Assembly: GCA_902774285.1 (NCBI GenBank)
Contig: CACYHO010000001.1
Location: 6,888 to 70,887, forward strand
Length of the DNA stretch: 64,000 nt
Reading direction: 5' to 3'
From: an uncultured Pseudomonadota bacterium
GTDB taxonomy: Bacteria > Pseudomonadota > Alphaproteobacteria > Rs-D84
Every line of letters begins with the position of its first letter. The first letter of the stretch is position 1. Both the position numbers and the translations under genes were made by a program. Below, one piece after another: positions 39,814-49,106 of this stretch. Below the pieces are notes generated by a model. The model saw only the letters and a list, made by a program, of their open reading frames with translations. It did not search any database and was not told the origin of the DNA.

Positions 39814-41283
39814 ATGATAAATTTAACAATTAAAGAAGCTCTTCAAAAATTAAAAAGTCGCGAAATTTCTGCAACAGAATTAACAAAATGCTATTTGGAA
39901 CGTATTGAACAATTCGGCAAAGATTTAAATTGTTATATCACTGTTACACCTGAACGTGCATTGAAGGATGCTGCCGCATCTGACGAACGTTATGCAAATG
40001 GCTCTGCATTGCAACTGGACGGTATGCCAATCGCAATGAAAGATTTATTTGCGACACGTGGTATACGCACAACAGCCGCATCACGTATGTTGGAAAACTT
40101 TATTCCAGAATATGAATCAACAGTATCCCAAAAATTTATAGATGCAGGAACAGTTTTATTAGGTAAAGCAAATCTTGATGAATTTGCGATGGGAACATTT
40201 TCAAAAACATCTTTCTTTGGTGCACCTGTTAATCCATGGCAAATGGAAAAAAGATTAACAGCCGGAGGATCATCAGGTGGTTCAACATCTGCCGTCGCCG
40301 GGGGACTTGCTATTGCAGCAACCGGAACTGACACCGGTGGTTCAATTCGTTTCCCATCTGCAATGACAGGCCTTGTTGGAATGAAACCAACATACGGTTT
40401 ATGTTCACGTTGGGGTTGCGTTGCATTTGCATCAAGTCTTGATACCCCAGGTCCAATTGCAAGAACCGTTGAAGACGCTGCATTAATGTTGTCCGCAATG
40501 GCTGGACATGATCCAAAAGATTCAACATCTTCACCAAATGCACATTTTGAAAGCGATGGTAATTTACAACCAATTTTAGGTGATGGAAAAAAATTACGTA
40601 TTGGTGTTATCAAAGAATTTAATAATGTTAAAATTTCAGATGATATGAAAATATTATTTGAAAAACGTATTGCCGATTTAAAATCTATGGGCGCAGAAAT
40701 TGTTGAAGTATCTATCCCAAATATTTTGGACGCTTTGGCTGCTTATTACATCATTGCCCCAGCAGAAGCATCTTCGAACTTGGCTCGTTATGATGGTATG
40801 AGATATGGTTTACGTGTCGAAGGTGATGGTCCATATGATACTTATAAAAAGACACGCGCCGCTGGTTTTGGCGAAGAAGTTCAACGTCGTATGATTATCG
40901 GAACAGCTGTATTATCAAGTGAATCTTATGAAGTATATTTTATGCAGGCCGCACGTGTCCGTCGCATGATTGCAGACAGTTTTAAATCCGCATTTGAACA
41001 ATGCGATTTGATTATTTGTCCATCAAGCGCTGGAACAGCGATGCCTCTTGATTCAGATTTAACACCACTTGAATACTACGCACTTGATTTATTCACAGTT
41101 GCTATGAATTTGGCTGGTATTCCATCTGTATCTATCCCATGTGGATTGGCACAGAACGGTTTGCCGTTAGGTATGCAAGTTGTTGGTCCAAGATTTGCAG
41201 ACATGCAGGTTTTGCAATTGGCAAAACATATTGAATCTGCGGCAAATGTAGATAATCGTCCAACAATAATAATGGGGAAATAA
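39814..41283 (+). CDS. gatA: Asp/Glu-tRNA amidotransferase subunit A
   Basis: KD, GGSSGGS, GTDTGGSIR, SSNLARYDG. Confidence 0.98.
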   Translation: MINLTIKEALQKLKSREISATELTKCYLERIEQFGKDLNCYITVTPERALKDAAASDERYANGSALQLDGMPIAMKDLFATRGIRTTAASRMLENFIPEYESTVSQKFIDAGTVLLGKANLDEFAMGTFSKTSFFGAPVNPWQMEKRLTAGGSSGGSTSAVAGGLAIAATGTDTGGSIRFPSAMTGLVGMKPTYGLCSRWGCVAFASSLDTPGPIARTVEDAALMLSAMAGHDPKDSTSSPNAHFESDGNLQPILGDGKKLRIGVIKEFNNVKISDDMKILFEKRIADLKSMGAEIVEVSIPNILDALAAYYIIAPAEASSNLARYDGMRYGLRVEGDGPYDTYKKTRAAGFGEEVQRRMIIGTAVLSSESYEVYFMQAARVRRMIADSFKSAFEQCDLIICPSSAGTAMPLDSDLTPLEYYALDLFTVAMNLAGIPSVSIPCGLAQNGLPLGMQVVGPRFADMQVLQLAKHIESAANVDNRPTIIMGK

Positions 41284-41287
41284 AAAA

Positions 41288-41363
41288 TGGTGGCTGGAAG
41301 TAGAATCGAACTACTGACACAGGGATTTTCAGTCCCTTGCTCTACCAACTGAGCTATCCAGCC
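41288..41363 (-). tRNA. tRNA-Phe(GAA)
   Basis: GGCTGGATAGCTCAGTTGGTAGAGCAAGGGACTGAAAATCCCT...TTCGATT...CCAGCCACCA, 76 nt, encoded CCA. Confidence 0.97.
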
Positions 41364-41414
41364 AACGAAGAGCATATTATAGTATAAAAAACAAAAAAGC
41401 AAGGAAAAATAGAA

Positions 41415-42941
41415 ATGTTTACGATTAAAGGCAAAACAACTGATTGGGAAGTAGTTATTGGTTTGGAAACACATATAGAAGTTTTATCAAACAGCAAACT
41501 GTTTAGTGGTGCGTCCGCTGATTATAATCCGACGGTTGCCCCAAATACCCAGGCTTGTATGATCGATGTCGCCATGCCGGGTATGTTACCGGTATTAAAC
41601 AAACACTGTGTTGAACAGGCTATTAAATTCGGCTTGGGAATTAATGCAGAAATATCAAGACATTCTAAATTTGCCCGTAAACAATATTTTTACCCTGACC
41701 TGCCCCAGGGATATCAAATTTCACAACCAGCAGAAGAACCTCCTGTGGTTGGACGTGGCTGGGTTGAAATTATGGGCGACGATGGAAACCCTAAAAAGAT
41801 TTTTATAGAACGTGCACATATGGAACAAGATGCGGCAAAAAACAAACACGACATGCACCCAACAAAATCTTTTGTAGATTATAATCGTGTTGGTGTTATG
41901 CTGCTTGAAATCGTAACATTTTTGGACACAAAAAATCCTGAAAACAATTCTTATATAACATCACCTGATGAAGCAGAAAGATATTTACGCGAAATCCGTG
42001 AAATTGCACGCGCCCTTGGTGTATCAAAAGCAAATATGGAAGAAGGTTCTATGCGTGCAGACGTTAATGTTTCTGTTCGCCCTGTTGGAGAAAAGACATT
42101 CAGAACACGTACAGAAACCAAAAATATGGTATCATTCAAATTTATTAAAAATGCGATTGAATATGAAGCACGTCGTCAGATAGAAATATATGAAAACGGT
42201 GGTACAGTTTCACAAGATACTATGCGCTATCACCAAGATGATGGAACTACATCTGTATTACGTAGCAAAGAAGATGCTCTTGATTACCGTTATTTCCCAG
42301 ATCCAGATTTATTGGAATTAGAAATCACAGATGAAGAAATTGAACGTATTCGTAAAACAATGCCAGAATTACCAGCTGCGACACGCGCACGTTATATCAA
42401 CGAATACGGGTTATCAGAATATGATGCGAATCGTTTAACAGAAACAACAGACATTTCAAAATGGTATGATACAGCGGTTGATGGGAAAAAAGAACGTGCA
42501 AAACCAGTTGCTAACTGGATGATATCTGAATTGTTTGCACACCCTGAAAACTTTGACATCACAAATGAAATCAAAGAAAATACAGATCCGGATGCACCAC
42601 GTATTATTACCCCAGAAAATATTTCTGAATTGGTTGATATGATTGCCGCGAACGAAATCAATGGTAAACAAGCCAAAGAAATATTTATCAAAATGTTGGA
42701 TGGTGAACGTGGCACAATCCATGAAATTGCCGATAAATATGGCATGAAACAAATCACTGATACCGGTGCAATAGAATCAGCAGTTGATGAAGTTATCAAA
42801 AACAATCCGTCCCAGGTTGAACAATATAAATCTGGCAAGGTTGGATTACTCGGCTTCTTTGTTGGCAACGTTATGAAATCCACACATGGTCAGGCAAACC
42901 CAGCAATGGTAAGTGATTTATTAAAACAAAAACTGGGATAA
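41415..42941 (+). CDS. gatB: Asp/Glu-tRNA amidotransferase subunit B
   Basis: VIGLETH, YFYPDLP.GYQISQ, GSMRADVNVS, DYRYFPDPDL, Yqey domain. Confidence 0.98.
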   Translation: MFTIKGKTTDWEVVIGLETHIEVLSNSKLFSGASADYNPTVAPNTQACMIDVAMPGMLPVLNKHCVEQAIKFGLGINAEISRHSKFARKQYFYPDLPQGYQISQPAEEPPVVGRGWVEIMGDDGNPKKIFIERAHMEQDAAKNKHDMHPTKSFVDYNRVGVMLLEIVTFLDTKNPENNSYITSPDEAERYLREIREIARALGVSKANMEEGSMRADVNVSVRPVGEKTFRTRTETKNMVSFKFIKNAIEYEARRQIEIYENGGTVSQDTMRYHQDDGTTSVLRSKEDALDYRYFPDPDLLELEITDEEIERIRKTMPELPAATRARYINEYGLSEYDANRLTETTDISKWYDTAVDGKKERAKPVANWMISELFAHPENFDITNEIKENTDPDAPRIITPENISELVDMIAANEINGKQAKEIFIKMLDGERGTIHEIADKYGMKQITDTGAIESAVDEVIKNNPSQVEQYKSGKVGLLGFFVGNVMKSTHGQANPAMVSDLLKQKLG

Positions 42942-42944
42942 CAT

Positions 42945-43127
42945 ATGAAAGATATGCTACATGCTTTGGCATTAATCAATCGTGAAATGGTGCGTTTTTC
43001 CGCGCTTGCAAAGGTTGACAGTTCCAAAAAGAACAAACAATATAAATCTTTGCACGATTCTTATACCAAGGCACGCGCCAGACAATATCAACAAATTCGA
43101 ACAACAAAAAGAACAAAACATAAGTAA
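42945..43127 (+). CDS. small basic hypothetical protein
   Basis: 60 aa, starts 3 nt after gatB stop, co-oriented. Confidence 0.45.
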   Translation: MKDMLHALALINREMVRFSALAKVDSSKKNKQYKSLHDSYTKARARQYQQIRTTKRTKHK

Positions 43128-43144
43128 AAAGAGATTATAAAAAA

Positions 43145-43600
43145 ATGAAAGCAATAACAATTATTGAAAACAATCATGTGACAGGTGTTGTTTACGGTAC
43201 TGTTGAAATTGGCACATCTGTAAAAACTGTTCCATACAAAAAAACAATAAATAAAAAAGTTTCTGTAAATAAAACAACAAAAACAAAACAATCAAATATT
43301 CGTTCAAACACTTATCAAAAATCTAAAAAAACAGCAAATTTGATACCTATTGCCAACGCGATAGAAATAAGAGTTTTATATCAAATTAAAAGTCCTGTTG
43401 CAAAATCAGACGCTGAAAAACGTTATAAAAAACTCTTGAAAAAATTAAACAATAAACGATCTCGTAAATTTATGTTTTCAGAAGACAGAGAAGTTATAAA
43501 TGAAGCAATGGTTAAATCGCACGAACTTCGTCTGCAACATGAAGAACATATTTTAAAACAACAGCAAATAAAGTATGCCTGGGAACAGTATCAAAAATAA
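43145..43600 (+). CDS. basic hypothetical protein
   Basis: 151 aa Lys-rich ORF in tight co-oriented run. Confidence 0.55.
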   Translation: MKAITIIENNHVTGVVYGTVEIGTSVKTVPYKKTINKKVSVNKTTKTKQSNIRSNTYQKSKKTANLIPIANAIEIRVLYQIKSPVAKSDAEKRYKKLLKKLNNKRSRKFMFSEDREVINEAMVKSHELRLQHEEHILKQQQIKYAWEQYQK

Positions 43601-43610
43601 GGAATAAAAA

Positions 43611-43943
43611 ATGCAAAACATTATCGTTTTTATTTCACCAGACATAGATTATATGATGCGGGATAAAATAGCACATGTTTTATCCCTGAATCATATTGAA
43701 ATAACACCCGATATAAATTGTGCAAATCTTGTAATACAAAAAGAAGATATTGAAGAAAGTATTCAGAAAATTTTTGAAAAATTAAATTCAAAACCTTATG
43801 AACTTATCGCATATCCAATAGAAGTGCCAATAACACCAACAAAAAAAATTAAACACTATGTTCCAAAAAACATTGATATAAAACGTTTTAATAAAACAAG
43901 ACAATTTAACAAACAAACAATATATAACACAAGACACAGATAA
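43611..43943 (+). CDS. hypothetical protein
   Basis: 110 aa, AAGGA RBS, ends 4 nt before miaB. Confidence 0.55.
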   Translation: MQNIIVFISPDIDYMMRDKIAHVLSLNHIEITPDINCANLVIQKEDIEESIQKIFEKLNSKPYELIAYPIEVPITPTKKIKHYVPKNIDIKRFNKTRQFNKQTIYNTRHR

Positions 43944-43947
43944 AAAA

Positions 43948-45249
43948 ATGCAGAAATTCTTTATACAAACTTTTGGTTGCCAAATGAACGTGTATGACGG
44001 ACAAAGAATTGCCGCCATGCTGGAAAAACATGGTTTCACACAGACAGAAGATGTTGCTGACGCAGATTTAATTATATTAAACACCTGCTCTGTTCGTGCC
44101 AAGGCAACTGATAAAGTTTATTCTGCATTGGGCAGAATACGACGCGCAAAGAAAGAATCTGCCCTGCTTGGGATTGTTGGTTGCGTTGCGCGTGAATCTG
44201 GTGCAGACGCATTTCGCAGAATCCCAGAATTAAATTTTGTTTTGGGGCCACAAAGTTATCATAAATTACCAGAAATCATTAAAAACCCAGATACAAAATT
44301 ATTAAATATTGATTTGGGTGGTTTGGAAAAATTCGACGAATTACCAAAAATGACAAAAACCCCGTTGGTTGCATATATTCCAATTCAAGAAGGCTGTAAT
44401 CATTGTTGCACATATTGTATTGTTCCATATACTCGCGGGCGCGAATTATCACGTCCATTTAATGATGTTATCAAAGATACAATTAATGCTGCGAAAACTG
44501 GCGCGGTTGAAATATGTTTCCTGGGCCAAAATGTAAATGGTTATAAATATACAGATGAAAATGGCAAACTTTATAAATTATCTGATTTAATAAAAGAAAC
44601 TGCTAAACTGCCCGAAATCAGCCGTATACGCTTTACGTCCAGTTATCCAACAGAAATGTCCGACGACCTTATTGAAATGTTTGGTATCGAACCAAAATTA
44701 TTACCATTTTTGAATATGCCAATTCAAAGTGGTTCGCCACGCATTTTAAAAAAAATGAACAGACCAGATGATATAGAAGCCTATAAAACAATTGTAAAAA
44801 AATTAAAAAACGTTCGTCCGGACATTCAAATATCATCTGATTTTATTGTTGGTTTTCCAGACGAAAATGATGAAGATTTCGAAGAAACATTAAATATTGC
44901 ACGTGAAATAAAATATATAAATTCATATTCCTTTAAATATTCTCCACGTCCACATACGGCGGCGGCATTAATGCCAAACCAAATCAGCGAACAAATCAAA
45001 TCTGTTCGTCTTCAAAGACTTGATTCGCAATTGAATGAAAATCAACGTGCATTTAATATGTCTTGCATTGGTAAAGAAATGATCTGTTTATATGAAAGCA
45101 TTGATAAAACTGGTCGTCATCTTGTTTTCCGTACACCATATATGCAACAGTGTATCGTCGAAAAACCAGATTATGAAATTGCACCATTGCAAAAATTAAA
45201 AATTACAGATGCAAACAAATCTTGCCTTCGTGGGGAAATAATCAAATAA
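43948..45249 (+). CDS. miaB: tRNA-2-methylthio-N6-dimethylallyladenosine synthase
   Basis: TFGCQMN, NTCSVR, GCVA, radical SAM CNHCCTYC, IVGFP. Confidence 0.95.
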   Translation: MQKFFIQTFGCQMNVYDGQRIAAMLEKHGFTQTEDVADADLIILNTCSVRAKATDKVYSALGRIRRAKKESALLGIVGCVARESGADAFRRIPELNFVLGPQSYHKLPEIIKNPDTKLLNIDLGGLEKFDELPKMTKTPLVAYIPIQEGCNHCCTYCIVPYTRGRELSRPFNDVIKDTINAAKTGAVEICFLGQNVNGYKYTDENGKLYKLSDLIKETAKLPEISRIRFTSSYPTEMSDDLIEMFGIEPKLLPFLNMPIQSGSPRILKKMNRPDDIEAYKTIVKKLKNVRPDIQISSDFIVGFPDENDEDFEETLNIAREIKYINSYSFKYSPRPHTAAALMPNQISEQIKSVRLQRLDSQLNENQRAFNMSCIGKEMICLYESIDKTGRHLVFRTPYMQQCIVEKPDYEIAPLQKLKITDANKSCLRGEIIK

Positions 45250-45251
45250 TT

Positions 45252-46553
45252 TTAAAATCGTATTTTGCCATTTAATGACAGTTTGTAATTAACGGCAAAT
45301 TCATCTTTGAAAACATTAATTGATACGGATACCCCTGCTTCGTCAACAACAGACAAGAACCCGATATTGAAACCTATATTCCAAAAAGCTTTTTCGTCTG
45401 TTGCGATATTTGCACCATATTCGTATTTAATACCATCCATGATAAAATCATATTTAGCCATTATACCGGTATGTAAATTTAAATCTGTGTCACTAAAATC
45501 CATTATTTCGTATCTTTGCAACATAAAACCAACAAATGGCACAAATACAAATTCCGGTATTTTTGTGTAATCATAGCCTACATTTAACCTCAGATATTCA
45601 GATATACCATTTGGATTATTAGAAATATTTTCATTTACGTATATATTATCAGTCTTGAAATCAGTACGATTTATACCGATTAAACCATCAACCCATAAAT
45701 CGTCAATATATTGTTTTGCACGAATATCCAAACCATAGACCAATCCAGTAAATTCATTCAAATCATCACCATACGAAAAACTGTTTAAATTAACACCAAT
45801 ACGAAAAGATAAATTTTCATATTTATTATCTATGTAAACGTGTGTCCCAAAATTATTTATTTTATCCGATAAAATATAATCAAATTTCGCACCTGCCTCA
45901 GAATCTGTTATATCTGTAAAAGAATCCAATAAATTTGAACGCGTGATTGTCTTTATGGGATTCATCAAAATCATCGGGTTAAAATGATAAGAAGAATTCA
46001 TTATTGAATTTACTTCATTCATATTTATCGCCCTGTCCATCGCCAGCAGCATTTTGTCATTTGGATTATTTGATCTAATGTTTCCTAAAAAACTTCCACG
46101 CGGATCATTAAATACAACTTCATAATTCGTTTCACGAACTAAATATAAACTAACATCGCCAGAATGCGCTTCAAAACTTGTTCTATATAAACCATCAATG
46201 TCTTTTACAGATACATCATTTAAAATATCATCAGTTGTTATATGCTCTACTCGATCACCATTGTGCCAATTGCTAATATTATTTATATACAACGAAACAT
46301 CTGTATCAAAATCAATATCAGCTTGCCAATTTTGCCAGTCTGAAAAATCATTTATTACAACGGAAGAATCGGATATTACATATTTATCTATTACATACTC
46401 GCCAATACCTATATTTTTTATTTTATTCAAATCAATACTATGTTCATTCGTTATGTGTGCAATATGATCAGATCCCAACGTATCCACATATATGTCTGCA
46501 TAAGCATTCATACAAACCAACACTGTAAAAAACGATAATAGGTATTTATTCAT
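45252..46553 (-). CDS. outer-membrane protein with autotransporter-like C-terminal barrel
   Basis: Signal peptide ending AYA; alternating beta strands, PFVG, terminal Phe. Confidence 0.6.
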   Translation of the reverse strand: MNKYLLSFFTVLVCMNAYADIYVDTLGSDHIAHITNEHSIDLNKIKNIGIGEYVIDKYVISDSSVVINDFSDWQNWQADIDFDTDVSLYINNISNWHNGDRVEHITTDDILNDVSVKDIDGLYRTSFEAHSGDVSLYLVRETNYEVVFNDPRGSFLGNIRSNNPNDKMLLAMDRAINMNEVNSIMNSSYHFNPMILMNPIKTITRSNLLDSFTDITDSEAGAKFDYILSDKINNFGTHVYIDNKYENLSFRIGVNLNSFSYGDDLNEFTGLVYGLDIRAKQYIDDLWVDGLIGINRTDFKTDNIYVNENISNNPNGISEYLRLNVGYDYTKIPEFVFVPFVGFMLQRYEIMDFSDTDLNLHTGIMAKYDFIMDGIKYEYGANIATDEKAFWNIGFNIGFLSVVDEAGVSVSINVFKDEFAVNYKLSLNGKIRF

Positions 46554-46593
46554 AACATGTTAATGCTAGCACACCATAATTTTTTTATACAAT

Positions 46594-46620
46594 AAAAAAA
46601 TCCCGTATAAAACGGGATTT
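46594..46620 (-). terminator. terminator after OMP gene
   Basis: AAATCCCGT...ACGGGATTT with T-tract on minus strand. Confidence 0.75.
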
Positions 46621-46642
46621 CAAAGCGAAACGAGGAAAGGTT

Positions 46643-47245
46643 TTAGAATTTATAACGAATACCAATATCACCACTGAAATTATGCATTCCAGACGCAACA
46701 TCAATATAGTTATAACGTGCGGCCACTTCAACATCAAAACATCCAAATGGCATCGCTAAACCCAAAGTCCCCATTGCAGAAAACCTTGTATTAGATTTGC
46801 TTTGTTCTGCGGCTTGTATATCTATGAATGCAAGACCGGCACCAAGACCTGCAAACGGTTTGATATAATGGAAATGCCATAAATCTACATACCCGTTGGC
46901 CATCAATTCGATATTTTTTGACGAAACACCAACATTTTCTATATCACCAAAAGCCTTATTTTTGTTTCCTTTTGTAAAGAAAGAACCTTCGACTTCAACA
47001 CGTGTTTTATCATATAAAGATAAGCCCAATGCTGCACGAGCTTGGTACAAGTTTTGGGTTACACTTTCTTTAGCATCATTATAACGATAATTTAAATTTC
47101 CGTATGTGGCACCACCACGCAGTGCAACATATGGTAAAACATCCCAACCCATAAAGCTGGTAGTTTGCTGTTCATATGATCGTCCACCTGCGAATGCTGG
47201 TGCGGCAATCAATACTGCCATAGATGTGGCAATAAGTTTTTTCAT
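46643..47245 (-). CDS. 8-stranded outer-membrane beta-barrel protein (start revised)
   Basis: MKKLIA..PAFA signal, RVEVE, MANGYVD, KPFAGLGAG, GIRYKF; AAGGAG RBS. Confidence 0.85.
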   Translation of the reverse strand: MKKLIATSMAVLIAAPAFAGGRSYEQQTTSFMGWDVLPYVALRGGATYGNLNYRYNDAKESVTQNLYQARAALGLSLYDKTRVEVEGSFFTKGNKNKAFGDIENVGVSSKNIELMANGYVDLWHFHYIKPFAGLGAGLAFIDIQAAEQSKSNTRFSAMGTLGLAMPFGCFDVEVAARYNYIDVASGMHNFSGDIGIRYKF

Positions 47246-47373
47246 AAGTTTCTCCTTTTGTTGCTGATTAATCTCAACACTTTGTATTCTATCAAAAGAT
47301 ATATAATATTCATATAGGCACATATCCATAGGACATGTGTCATAACCCACAAAATCAGCCGTATAAATAAGTT

Positions 47374-48048
47374 TTATGAAATCAATTTTTTAATAACAAA
47401 ATCAGATAACATTAAACCAAATGTTCCTGTGACAGTTATCATTGAACCAAATTCTCGACCACCATTTTTTTGTGGTGTTGCTGTTTCGGTTGAATAAACA
47501 ACAGGAAAATCTTTTAAATGTTCTTCTTTCGCTAAATGTCTTATTTTGGAAGCCAAAGGACATACACAAGTCTTTGATATTTTGTCAATTTTGATTTTTG
47601 ATATATCTGTCTTGCGTGCTGCGCCCATACTTGAAACAAATGGTACATTGTTTTTAAAACACCATTTATAAAGTGCTATTTTTGATTGAACACTATCAAT
47701 TGCATCAATAACAAAATCAGGCTTTATATCAATATTTGTTTTGTCATCAAAAAACACATTTAAAACATCAACACGAATATCCGGATTTATATCGTGAATC
47801 CTAGATTTAGCAACCTCTACCTTTGATTTTCCAATTGTAGAATCAAGCGCAAACAATTGACGATTTATATTAGATTCTTCCACCATATCAAAATCTATTA
47901 AAATAATACGCCCCACCCCACTGCGCGCCAAAGATTCGATTGCAAAAGAACCAACGGCACCACATCCAACAACCATTACTGTTGATTGTTGTAATTTCTT
48001 TATAGCATCCACCCCTAATAACAAAGTTATTCTATGCAATCTGTTCAT
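47374..48048 (-). CDS. tcdA: tRNA threonylcarbamoyladenosine dehydratase (ThiF family)
   Basis: GCGAVGS, ESLARSG, SNINRQ, DAID, SSMGAA, CPLA, VVYSTE. Confidence 0.88.
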   Translation of the reverse strand: MNRLHRITLLLGVDAIKKLQQSTVMVVGCGAVGSFAIESLARSGVGRIILIDFDMVEESNINRQLFALDSTIGKSKVEVAKSRIHDINPDIRVDVLNVFFDDKTNIDIKPDFVIDAIDSVQSKIALYKWCFKNNVPFVSSMGAARKTDISKIKIDKISKTCVCPLASKIRHLAKEEHLKDFPVVYSTETATPQKNGGREFGSMITVTGTFGLMLSDFVIKKLIS

Positions 48049-48727
48049 TGTTTAATACCCTTAAAGTATTATCATATATTATTTGATCCGCACGCGGTTC
48101 ATTTTTCATAATTGATATTGTATCAATAATTTTTTCCAAAGAAACATTATTTTTTGCATCTGTTTCAACTAATATTTTACACAATGGAATTTGTTGTATA
48201 CGGTTTATTTCTTGGCTTTTATCGGTTTTATGAATTGAAAAATAAACATTATAATTTTGTAATAACATATTTAATATTTCATCGCTTCCGTTAAAATCAT
48301 GTACAACAATTATTGGCAATTTAGATTTTTTATAAGCTTTTAATATATGTAATATTTTATCCCATGCACCAACACAATGTAAAAATACTGGTCTATTTAA
48401 TTTTATCGCTACATCTAATTGCTTTTGAAATATTTCAATTTGATTATCCATATCAGGCTTATATTTATCAAGGCCTATTTCACCAACCATAAAAGCGTTA
48501 TTAGATCTTAATAACTTTTCCAATCTTGATTCAAAACCTACATTGACATTTTGGACGAACCATGGATGAATACCAAAACAACCATAGATATTTTCATCTG
48601 TTTTTATTTTATCCATCAACAATCCCCATTCAGATTCATTTACCGCACAACAGACAGTCCCAACAACATCTGTTTGGAAAACATGGGTAATATAATCAAG
48701 ATGGCTATGTGCATCTATTATTTTCAT
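48032..48727 (-). CDS. TatD family hydrolase
   Basis: IDAHSH, GIHPW, VGEIGLD, LHC, LVETD. Confidence 0.9.
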   Translation of the reverse strand: MKIIDAHSHLDYITHVFQTDVVGTVCCAVNESEWGLLMDKIKTDENIYGCFGIHPWFVQNVNVGFESRLEKLLRSNNAFMVGEIGLDKYKPDMDNQIEIFQKQLDVAIKLNRPVFLHCVGAWDKILHILKAYKKSKLPIIVVHDFNGSDEILNMLLQNYNVYFSIHKTDKSQEINRIQQIPLCKILVETDAKNNVSLEKIIDTISIMKNEPRADQIIYDNTLRVLNNEQIA

Positions 48728-48780
48728 AGAAAACATTAAACCATAAAATCAGCGATTTTCAACTATAGTCTTTCCATAAT

Positions 48781-48974
48781 AAAAAAGACCACTTACGTGG
48801 CCTTTTTTATCTCTGGTGGACGCACAGGGACTGGCTCGGCATAAATGCCTGCGCCGCATTCGTTAGCGTTCAAACTTCACTTTGCTTGTTTTCACTTACT
48901 CATAGTCGAACGATGGTTCTCGTCCTGCTGTGCTACAAAAATAAAACACCACCTTTGCGGTGGTTTTTTATTTC
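48781..48974 (-). repeat. tRNA-linked (RtT-like) repeat unit ending in a 19-bp copy of the tRNA-Lys 3' end
   Basis: 48814-48832 identical to 48975-48993 (period 161 bp); a terminator hairpin follows each CCA; GGACGAGAACC...GTTCGAC motif. Confidence 0.75.
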
Positions 48975-49050
48975 TGGTGGACGCACAGGGACTCGAACCC
49001 TGGACCCACTGATTAAGAGTCAGTTGCTCTACCAACTGAGCTATGCATCC
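48975..49050 (-). tRNA. tRNA-Lys(CTT)
   Basis: GGATGCATAGCTCAGTTGGTAGAGCAACTGACTCTTAATCAG...GGTTCGAGTCC...GTCCACCA, 76 nt. Confidence 0.97.
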
Positions 49051-49106
49051 AGAAACTTGTCGCAAACGATTATAGAATATTTTCCACCAAATGCAAGGCA
49101 TTTGTC

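Noticed and set aside
39990-40613. Long antisense ORFs (also 29305..29823, 54692..55381, 57453..58298)
   Set aside because: They lie opposite well-supported genes (gatA, plsY, ftsI, sufS) and have no motifs
47317-47341. Imperfect palindrome CACATATCC-ATA-GGACATGTG upstream of the OMP gene
   Set aside because: Single occurrence, no U-tract or recognisable consensus; insufficient to call
48814-48993. Genomic island or CRISPR at tRNA-Lys
   Set aside because: Only two copies 161 bp apart, no cargo or cas genes, and the repeat is the tRNA 3' end
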